NCBI GenBank assembly: GCA_049590095.1 | Contig: JBAWCC010000047.1 | Coordinates: 1,988-65,987, forward strand | DNA: 64,000 nucleotides | From: Allosphingosinicella sp. | GTDB taxonomy: Bacteria; Pseudomonadota; Alphaproteobacteria; Sphingomonadales; Sphingomonadaceae | Direction of reading: 5' to 3' | Shown here: positions 18,431 through 27,200 of the stretch, piece by piece | How positions within the stretch are numbered: the first letter of the stretch is position 1 | How the letters are laid out: every line of letters starts with the position of its first letter | The notes under the pieces: model-generated | What the model was told of the DNA's origin: nothing | The model's input: the letters and a program-made list of their open reading frames with translations, nothing else | Databases searched by the model: none | Position numbers and translations under genes: made by a program

Positions 18431-18568
18431 TTTAGCAGTCGATTTCCACCCTTCGTTGCACAGGTCCGGCCGATCCGATGATGCCCTGGAGAATCGGTCC
18501 GTTCTTCTCTGCGCTCTAGGAGCTTCCGTGTTCCGCCAATTGACCGGTTGAGCTACGGATGCGTAAAC

Positions 18569-19336
18569 TTAATCTCCTCTCTTTCTTGCGATCAGAATGG
18601 CATTTTCCTGCCCGTCCAGCGCGATGTAGCTGGGAGTGTTGCGGCGGTGAATGAAGCGAGCCTCGACAACCTCCAGACCCACCGCCGTCGCCGAGCGTGC
18701 AAGCACATCGGGATCGAGCAGGTGAAGCTCGGCGGGTAATTCGAGCAGGGTTGGATCGTCGGACAGGTGGTGAAGGCGGCGGCAATAGCCGGGCCAGCGG
18801 TCGCCCTCTGCCCGTCTGCGCTCGTATTCGACAATGAACGGCATTACGTTGCGGGCGTAAGGACTGCCGGAAATGGACAGAAACATGCCGCCTTCCTCAA
18901 GCCAGTCGGCAACCCGCACCAGGCCTTTTTCGATCTCGGACCCCGTCAGGAAGTTCAGCAAATTGGCGGCATGGATATGCGAGAGCGATCCGCTCGCGAA
19001 ATCGAGCTCCTCAGGAAAGCGGCGAGAGTCCAGCACAAGCCGGCTGAGCGCCTCCTCCGGCGCCGCGAGTCGCGTCGCTTCGAGATGATCGGGCGATATA
19101 TCGTTTGCAACGACGGTAGCGCCGGCATCGAGCGCAGCCAGCGCTACGACGCCGGTAGCACACCCGATGTCCAATACCGGCTGACGCGCCCGGGCAGCGA
19201 GCGCGACGAACCGCTCGTTGACCTCGTTCAAGATGCCCGACGTACGGCCAAGCCGGTTGAGCGTGACTAGGCTGGCGGCATCGCCCTGAGCACGGCCGTC
19301 TTCAACGGATAGCACCGGTTCGTAACTACAACTCAT
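18569..19336 (-). CDS. class I SAM-dependent methyltransferase
   Basis: Motif I VLDIGCATGVVALA followed by an acidic loop (VVANDIS). 4-nt overlap with the upstream gene. Confidence 0.75.
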   Translation of the reverse strand: MSCSYEPVLSVEDGRAQGDAASLVTLNRLGRTSGILNEVNERFVALAARARQPVLDIGCATGVVALAALDAGATVVANDISPDHLEATRLAAPEEALSRLVLDSRRFPEELDFASGSLSHIHAANLLNFLTGSEIEKGLVRVADWLEEGGMFLSISGSPYARNVMPFIVEYERRRAEGDRWPGYCRRLHHLSDDPTLLELPAELHLLDPDVLARSATAVGLEVVEARFIHRRNTPSYIALDGQENAILIARKRGD

Positions 19337-20472
19337 GCCGCCATCCGCTGCGCAACTGAATAGTAACGCGCCTGCAGATCGTCAGCCCATTCCTTCGCAT
19401 CCTCCACATGCATTTCTGAGCAGCGGTAGCCGAAGGTGGTGCCGAGTATCTCCATTTGCTCGGGTACAAACCGGATGACCCCGTTCGGCTGGATGCATTC
19501 GATACCCTCCAGCCGTTGACCGTCCAGGTTGATCGCAACGGCTTCCTCGCGGGAGACGCTCCCGGGCAGATCCAAGGTAACGGTCCTGTTGCCCACCACT
19601 ACGGGATATCCGCCAGGAAGTCCGCCCACTCCGGGTGCGTGCATCGGACGCGGCACATCTTCCAGCAATGTGTCGGCCATGGCCGCAGCTGCCGACGCGG
19701 CGACGATTTGACCTTCGATGCCGCGAACACGGGCGAAATCGCGATGGACGGCCATGAAGATCGCAGCCGGGTCTATGGCGGCGTCCGCCGGAGCGCTGCG
19801 GACTCGCACATGCAGCGCAGTCGGAGCCCCCCCGGGATGACCGTGCGAGGATATCGCATTGCATGCATAATGATGCCCGACGAACTTGACGGAGAGGTCG
19901 GCCACGGGGGCACCGATCGCAACGCTTGCCGCACGCGACAGCGTCGGCACCAGATTAGCAATGTTCCCGGCGCCGACCAATGGCGCGAGTCCAATGGTCG
20001 CGAGGGCCGGATTAACAGCATCCGGGAATGACGTGTTCACCACCGTCGGATTCATTCCGGTAAGCCGGACAGCTCGCATGACTGCCAGAGCGGTCGCCAG
20101 ATGGTTGGGCAGCCAAGGTCCGATTCGAGCCCGATTAAGGGTCTCGAAAAGCGACGGCGGCAGCAGCGATATCCGCCAGAAGGTCTGCATGCTTGTGGCA
20201 TTTATGATGAGGTCCGGATCGACCTGCGCGATAAGCTCGGTGGTCCGGTCGCAATCGAACACGTCGCTGCCTCGCGCCTCGACCATCGGAGCGAGGCCGA
20301 GGTTCATCGCGACCGTTATCGCAAGATTGGCGCGCTGCTTGACCTGCTCCAGGTCTCGTGCAGCGAGGACGACGCGGTACCGGTCGTTCATTCGGGCCAG
20401 CAAGTCAGCCGCCTGCCCGCCAATGACCCCCGCACCGAAGATCAATATGGTTCGCCGTGGCGAGGTCACCAT
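19333..20472 (-). CDS. saccharopine-dehydrogenase-like NAD(P)-binding oxidoreductase
   Basis: ATG 20472 overlaps the upstream stop. N-terminal Rossmann motif ILIFGAGVIGGQAADLL. Length and layout resemble the saccharopine/carboxynorspermidine dehydrogenase family (tentative). Confidence 0.55.
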   Translation of the reverse strand: MVTSPRRTILIFGAGVIGGQAADLLARMNDRYRVVLAARDLEQVKQRANLAITVAMNLGLAPMVEARGSDVFDCDRTTELIAQVDPDLIINATSMQTFWRISLLPPSLFETLNRARIGPWLPNHLATALAVMRAVRLTGMNPTVVNTSFPDAVNPALATIGLAPLVGAGNIANLVPTLSRAASVAIGAPVADLSVKFVGHHYACNAISSHGHPGGAPTALHVRVRSAPADAAIDPAAIFMAVHRDFARVRGIEGQIVAASAAAAMADTLLEDVPRPMHAPGVGGLPGGYPVVVGNRTVTLDLPGSVSREEAVAINLDGQRLEGIECIQPNGVIRFVPEQMEILGTTFGYRCSEMHVEDAKEWADDLQARYYSVAQRMAA

Positions 20473-21305
20473 TTCAGCGCCCCCATTGTCCAGGTCGGCA
20501 GGTACATGAACTCGCGCATGCAACCGCTGCCGCCTGCGCGGATCAGGAGGCTGTCAATTCCGATCTGGGTCGCCCCTCGGATATCCGTCTCGAGGGAATC
20601 GCCGATCATTAAAGGGCGCTGCGCCGCCGGTCCAAGTCGTGCCGCGGTCGCCAAGGCCTGCTTGAAGATCGGACTGTGCGGCTTGCCGGTTTCGATCACG
20701 CGTCCACCGAGCGGCCTCAGAAGGTCGGTGAGCAAGCCGACGCAATCGTGGAGCACCCCGTCGACCATCACGCGGCGATCCGGATTGCTCACGAGGAAGG
20801 GAAGACCCTGCTGCAGTGCCCGTTCGACCATGACACCAGTCCGATCGTTGTGCCAGCCGCACGGAAGAATGCCTAACGCGAGAACGAAATCGGCCTGCAT
20901 CGGGTCGTCAGTCACCACGGCGCCTGCCTCTTCAGCCCAATGTCCGCCAGGCTGCTCCCCGACAACGACGCAGCGGCGCGCTCCGGACAGCACCGGATGA
21001 CGCTCGGCAACGATCTCGAAGGCGGCGTCTCCAGCGGTAATTGCGGCGGTATAAGAATCGGGTTCAAGCCCGATCCCGGCAAGCATCTGCTGCAGGTCCG
21101 AGCCCCGTCGCGACGTGTTGGACACAAGAATGGTGGGGACACGATTGTCAGCGAGCCGGGCTAGGCACGAAGTGGCGGCGGGGAATGTGCGAGCTCCATC
21201 GATCAGCACGCCCCAAACGTCCAGCAGGACGCAGTCGTAGCGCTCCGCGACCTCGGATAGGCCGAGGAGGGTACCGCCATATGCATCGGCGAGCCCGGGC
21301 ATCAT
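20466..21305 (-). CDS. HAD-superfamily (subfamily IIA-like) hydrolase
   Basis: ATGA overlap with the aminotransferase stop. Nucleophile motif YDCVLLDVWGVLIDG and C-terminal MIGDSLETDI motif. Confidence 0.7.
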   Translation of the reverse strand: MMPGLADAYGGTLLGLSEVAERYDCVLLDVWGVLIDGARTFPAATSCLARLADNRVPTILVSNTSRRGSDLQQMLAGIGLEPDSYTAAITAGDAAFEIVAERHPVLSGARRCVVVGEQPGGHWAEEAGAVVTDDPMQADFVLALGILPCGWHNDRTGVMVERALQQGLPFLVSNPDRRVMVDGVLHDCVGLLTDLLRPLGGRVIETGKPHSPIFKQALATAARLGPAAQRPLMIGDSLETDIRGATQIGIDSLLIRAGGSGCMREFMYLPTWTMGALKW

Positions 21306-22741
21306 TGGACAGACCTGGAGAGCAGCTGTGGCTGCGCGCAACCGTCGATCGTGCGATGTCGGATCGCCCCCAGGATTGCAGGCCGAACCCGCTCGACAAG
21401 CGTCTGGGCAATCAACGCCCATGCCTGCGCAAAGGGAAACGCAAAGCGCTCCTCGCAACTTCGGTCCCAAACGACCGGCCAGTCCTCCTCGATCTCTCTC
21501 GAGATCGGGTAAGTGAAGGCGGTCCCGACCGACACCAGATTCGCACGCAGCAGCGGGCCGGCAATGCCCTGTGAAGAGACCGGCGCGAAGGCTGTCGCCG
21601 CATTTACGAGGAAGAAGCGCGTCAGCATGGCACCGACCTCAGGCCCACTCAATCCGCAGATCCGGGCGAAGCCGGAGAAGTCGAGCAGAACGGAATGACC
21701 ACATTGAGGCGAGTAGGCGACGCGGATGATTGGCTCCGAGTGCCCGGTGATATTGCGGATTTCAGAGTCTAGGTCGGCGATCAGCGAGTCGAACAGTCGA
21801 AGCCTCCGGAAGGCCTCGGCCACATTTGCGCGTCTATAAATTGGCGGAGCCGCAAGCGCGCCGAGTGCCGCTGCCTTGGCGACATGCGGGATGGATGCCG
21901 CTAGATCGCAAACGCGCTCCAGCACGAGGCGCACGAGGGCGTCTGGTCCGCAGCCCCAACCGATCCGCAGATTCGCCAGGCAATGCTGCTTGCTCGCGCC
22001 TGCGACCGTGAAAGTTTGGTCGTGCGCAACGGATCGCGCAAGCCTACCAGCCGGGCTCGCAGCCTCTCCATCTCCGGTATCCAGAAGCACGTCTTCGATC
22101 GCTAACGCGCCATGCGCCGAGACGACTTCAGCTATCTGTTCAATATGCGCCTGCGAATAAGCCGCACCAATCAACGTTGGGTTGAACAGTAGGAGCAACG
22201 CACGCTGCCCGAAGCGCCTCGCTCTGAGCTTGAGGTCTAGTTCGTCTCGGGAAAGGCGGAGACCGTCATCATTGTTAGCACTGACTACCACGAGTTCTAG
22301 ACCAAGCGCATCGCACCAAGCTGCAAGCGGATGGTAGAACCCCGGGCCGGTGAGGACCAAATCACCCTTGGACAAGAAGACAGAGAGCGCAACGTATATC
22401 AGTCTTGTGGATCCCGCGTCGATAACAACGTTGTTCGCACATTCCCCCGGCACTCCCAGTCGTTCAAACTCGGCAGCAATCTGGACGTCGAGCGCAGCGA
22501 ACGATTGGCGATAGAGGTAATTTTCAACGGGAGAATTGACTTCGTCGAACAAAGACCGACGCGCGTTGTGAAGAGCTTCCGGATAGGGCCGGCGCAGGCC
22601 TTCTCCATGGGCGAACGATACGACGCCCGGATCAAACATCGAAGGTCCGGATCGCGTGCCATCACCATTCAGGCCAGAGAGAGCGCTCCTCGCTGCACGA
22701 AGCGATGCCATCGGCGAGAAACTGTCCGCATTTATGGGCAT
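21302..22741 (-). CDS. PLP-dependent aminotransferase (class I/II fold)
   Basis: Fold-type I layout with a probable PLP lysine in TVAGASKQHCLANLRIGW. Start is uncertain (ATG 22741 chosen; GTG 22819 is the longest option). Confidence 0.65.
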   Translation of the reverse strand: MPINADSFSPMASLRAARSALSGLNGDGTRSGPSMFDPGVVSFAHGEGLRRPYPEALHNARRSLFDEVNSPVENYLYRQSFAALDVQIAAEFERLGVPGECANNVVIDAGSTRLIYVALSVFLSKGDLVLTGPGFYHPLAAWCDALGLELVVVSANNDDGLRLSRDELDLKLRARRFGQRALLLLFNPTLIGAAYSQAHIEQIAEVVSAHGALAIEDVLLDTGDGEAASPAGRLARSVAHDQTFTVAGASKQHCLANLRIGWGCGPDALVRLVLERVCDLAASIPHVAKAAALGALAAPPIYRRANVAEAFRRLRLFDSLIADLDSEIRNITGHSEPIIRVAYSPQCGHSVLLDFSGFARICGLSGPEVGAMLTRFFLVNAATAFAPVSSQGIAGPLLRANLVSVGTAFTYPISREIEEDWPVVWDRSCEERFAFPFAQAWALIAQTLVERVRPAILGAIRHRTIDGCAQPQLLSRSVQ

Positions 22742-23817
22742 AGTGCTGTCGGCATACGCGAAACATCTCCAAAGTATGCTGTAGAACGCGCACTCGCACG
22801 ACTGAACCGCGAACGTCACTTGCCCCGACTCGTGTCGCGTCCTGTTCAGATTATGCCTTCGCTGAGCGGAGTCAACCCCACCAGCCTAAGGTAAAGTTCG
22901 CGGCAAGATCAGACACTTTGCCTTGTCTACTAGACTTTGATGACAAGTCGTCTCCTGTCGGTTGTCTGTAGACCGGGACGTGGATCGAAGGGGGAGAGTC
23001 GTGAGGTGCGGTGCGCCTTCTTACTTTGAACGCGCAGCGTCGAGAGATCACGTCGGCTCAGTCGATAGCTGCTCGTCGGGGGAGCAGGACAACTAGGCGC
23101 ACTGGCGGTCAATCTTGAATGCCAAGTATCTTCTAGTAAGTAATGCGAATTGATTATCTGCCGTAGCCAAATCGCCTAAGCCTAAAATAATAGTGCAAAA
23201 TCGAAAGAGGGTAGAGTCTCTGATAAAAAGAAGCCTTACGGAAGGACCGACAAGTTTTTCTCAAAGTCAGCCCAGCCTAGTGTCAGGACACAACGGAAGA
23301 CTTGCAGTTGCGAACCAGATTGGCAGAAGCGCGCCCACTGCGCCCTCCTCGACCATTATTCGGCGGCAATGCTGGCGGGCGGCTCTGTGAAAACACATCT
23401 GGAGGGAATTCGGCACCAGGCCTACGCTCAACCCAAACAGCCTTCTCAGCATTCGCCCATATGTCGATTAGATGTCTCGGCCCTCGATCTATACGTCACG
23501 GTCGTCCACCATTGTCACCGACGTGCGCACCTTTATGCACCATGGCCGCGCTGCTGGCTGAGACACTCGGGAGCTGCGAGTTGGCGGCCACCGGATCTCG
23601 CGCATTGTTACGACGTCCACATGCTTATGCAGGCCGAGGTAGGGCAACACGCGATAGCCGCTCCAGCTTTAAGCCCGATTGCGTGCTCCACGCCGGATGC
23701 TCAGCGACCAGCCGGATTTCGGCGCCGCGAGCGACGCTCCGCGAACTTTCGCGCTGGTTCCCGAAGGCGCGATGCACGACGCCCTCCGCCGCGACAAATC
23801 CTGACGCTCAACGGCTT

Positions 23818-24130
23818 GCAACAGCTGGCACAAAACGGTAGTACAAAAAGACACAAAGGCGGACTCAGCGCTGCGGTTAAATCACTGGCTTTGAAGTGCT
23901 AATTGCTCGAAGTGCCTCCTCCCCGTAGGGGTCACCACCTAGCACTTTAGCCATCCAGATAAGTGTTCCGTCCGCAGGAAGTGGCTGGGCGCTAGGATTC
24001 GCAGCCGGATTTTATCGGGACTAAGTCGTTGATTTTGTTGACGCAAAAAACGCGATTTACGCCACAAATGTACAGCGAATTGGCACAATTTTTCAAGCCA
24101 CTTTTTCACTGTTTTTCGATGGGTCGAGGC
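23818..24130 (+). repeat. Copy C of the dispersed intergenic element (long form)
   Basis: Aligns with copy D over ~310 bp: GCAACAGCTGGCACAAAAC.., CCTCCTCCCC at 23915-23924, hairpin GGCTG..CAGCC (23983-24006) plus T-rich run, then the common core up to TTTTCGATGGGTCGAGGC. Confidence 0.85.
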
Positions 24131-24274
24131 AGCCATCACAGGGCTCGGCCCGCGTCTCGTCAAACACCCCCGACGGCGCGTAGCTGACTTGGCGACCGAT
24201 CGACGCCGAGAAGACGGTTCGCTGCCGAAACCTCGGTTGTTAGCCTTAGCCTGAAATCAAGGTGACCTGGACGA

Positions 24275-27200
24275 CTACTGGGAGAGGATGGCCTCGATCC
24301 GCTTGAGATGGGTCAGGTATTCGACGTGGTAGGAAAGATCGCGCGCGCGGAGCAGCAGGGTGCGGGCTTCCGGCAGGTCGAGCTTGGACATAGCGGTGCC
24401 GAGCAGGGTCATGGCGCCGATCTTGCGAAGCTCCATGTCGTGGCGCGTGGCGATCTGCATGGCCGCCTGGGCGGATGAGGCGGCGGCGCGATAATCGCCG
24501 AGCTGGAGCGCGAGCTCGCTCCGGAGCAGCGCGACCCGGCAGACGATCCGCGGCGCTCCCATGGTCCGGGCGTAGGCCTCGACCTCGGCCAGCTGATCTT
24601 CGTAGGTTCTTCGGCTGGCCAGCGGCAGAACCGGGCCCGGACGAGCTATCTCGATCGCGAGCCCGGCAAGATGGGCGAGGTGCCGTATGTCCTCGTGCCC
24701 TCCCTTGGCGGCGAAACTCGCGGCCTGGTCCGCGAGCAATGCCGCCCGTTCCAAATTGGGCCCGCCGAGCCGCTGCAGGCATTCCGCCCACTGGACCGAG
24801 AAGATCGCCGCCGAACGATAGCGCCTGATCCGGATCAGCTCGGAGATCACGGCCTTATATTCGGCGTCGGCCGAGCGCTGGTCTCCCTGCAAATCGCGAA
24901 TCAGCGCCAGATAGCCTCGGGCGATGGCGCGCAGCGCTGGCGTTTCGTCGCTTTCGTCGCGGACCCGGCCAAGTATCTCCTTCGCCTCCCCAAGCCGTCC
25001 GCGCTCGATCTGGGCGATCGCGCGATTGACGCCGATGCGCGCCTGGAGCGCGCCCCAGCCGCGAGTCTCGATACGCTCGCGCGCGATTCGGCTGGCATGG
25101 ACGAGCAGCGCGACGGCGTCCGAGAACCGCCCCTGCGCAAGGCTGATCACTCCGCACTCGTTGAACAGCCAAACGATCTCCTCGGCATGGAAGGTGCCGC
25201 GGAAATCGAGCGGCCCTGCCCTAGTCAGGCGGGTGGCCAGCCGAAGCATCCAGCGGACGCGCAAGCGGTGGCTTTCGAAATAGCCGCTTTCGGGCGTCTC
25301 CAGCCCCTCATGCTCGTAGGTGCTGAAGCGGGAGACGACCCCGACCGAATAGATCGACCTCAAGGCTCCGTAAGCCGCCCGAAGGCGGGCGCTTCGGAGC
25401 TCGCGGGTCTGCTTGCCGTCCGTCGATCGGTCGAGACGCTGGGCGAGATCCAGATAGGGATCCGGCGAGCCGTGCGCCCGCTCGTCGAGCGCCTTCTCGA
25501 ACAGCGATAATTGGTCGATGAGGTTGCGGACCCGCCGGTGGCCCTCGGCCGTCGGACGCGGCAGGTCGTCGGGCTGAGTGGCGTAGAGCGACACGGTGAG
25601 CTGGTCGACCTGCGAATAGTCAATGTTGGGCGCCTTGAACTGAAGGAATATGTGGCGCCGGATCGCCTTGTGCGTGGCGTAGCGATGGCCGCGCAGCGAG
25701 TCGGCCTCGTCCTCGGGGCCCTTGGCCGCCACCCGGTAGACGAGGCAGCGCTGGACAAGCAGGTCCATCATCCTTTCGAGAATTTCCCTCGCCTCGTCGT
25801 CTTCCTCGCGCTCGGCGGTCGGCGCCGGCAGCTTCGCGACCACCCGCTGCAGGGCGGTGGCGATCTTCTCGATGCCGGTCAGCACCCGCAGCTCGACCGG
25901 CTGGCCGATCAGCGCCAGCGAGACCAGGATGTTCTCCTGAAGCTCGAACAGCAGCGCGGCCGGCACGCCGCTCAGCTCTTGCGTCCCAGGCACCGCGACC
26001 GCGAGCTTCTTGCCCAGAGCGGAAAACTCGTCCGAACAATAGTTTTCGAGGACAAGCTTAACGGCGATCTCGTCGCGCGTGTCCGGCGCGCGGCCCACGG
26101 TGTTGCGGCGAAGCCGCTCGACGAAATCGCGCACCGGATAGAGGTCGACCACATTCTCCGGCGTGCCGGGCAGCCTTCGGACGATCATGTCGTCGATCGC
26201 CGCGAGCACGACCGTCATCGCGTAGCGATTGTGGCCCACGGCCACGTCGATCATGTTGAAAAAAGTCCAGGCCTCAGGGCGGACCTTGACGGAGCCCTTG
26301 TCGAGTATCTCCTCGACGGACGCCCGCACCCGCGCGCCGCCATTTTGCCACGTCGTCCGGTTCGAGCCGAGATCCTTCTGATAGGCATTGAGGACCTCGA
26401 GCATCACCGCCTCAATCCCGGCTCCCGCAAGCCAGGCGCCGGAAGCGCGGGATTTCCCCGCTCCGGCGAGCCTCGCCTCGAAGGCGTCGCGAACGCCGAT
26501 CTGGAATTCGAGCACCGATTGGTCGGTGCCGAAGCGCAATCTCGTGGCGTCGGGATATGCGTCGTCCAATTCGTCCGCGAAGGTGACGCAGGCGTCATCG
26601 GAGGGCTTCAGACTTCCCAGGTGCGCGAGTGCGGCGGCGGTACGCGGAAAGAAGCGGACGGCTAGCGTGACCGGCCGCATCCGGTCCAGAAAATGGATAT
26701 ATGTATCGAGCCGGTCGCGCTCCTCACTGCTGATCTCGGCCTCGCGGCCGTCGGCGATGGCGGTCGCCGCCTCGTGGCCGAACGCGTGCTCCATGCGTCG
26801 CTGGAGGACAGTCGTCGCCTTCGCAGAAAGGCCGACGGGCCTCAGGAATCCGACGGTCCGCCCGTCTTCCCGTGCGGCCGCCTCGCGCAGCGTCGTCGGC
26901 AGATGCTTTTCGTTGACGAAGAAGATGAAGTCGATCGGGGCCTCGTCGTATTTCGACGAGGTCAGAATCTCGAACAGCCGACCGACCTGGGCATTCTTGC
27001 GCCCGCCCTCGCCGTCGAAGAAGACGCTGACATGGTTCGTGATGACGACCAGCCGCTCCACCTCGCTGGCCGGTTTGGGCCCGACGGCGTGCAGTCGCTC
27101 CAGGGCGTGCTCAAGCCGTCCAAGCCGGTCGCCCCGGAGCTTCTCGCACTCCTTCAGGAAGCGCTCGGACTCGCGGCCGGAGCCCGGCATCGTCCGTTCG

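Noticed and set aside
24080-24096. Sigma-54 promoter inside the repeat core (TGGCAC-N5-TT..)
   Set aside because: The -24 half (TGGCAC) matches, but the -12 position reads TTCA instead of TTGC (no GC dinucleotide). No bEBP or obvious downstream gene in the right orientation is present in most copies.
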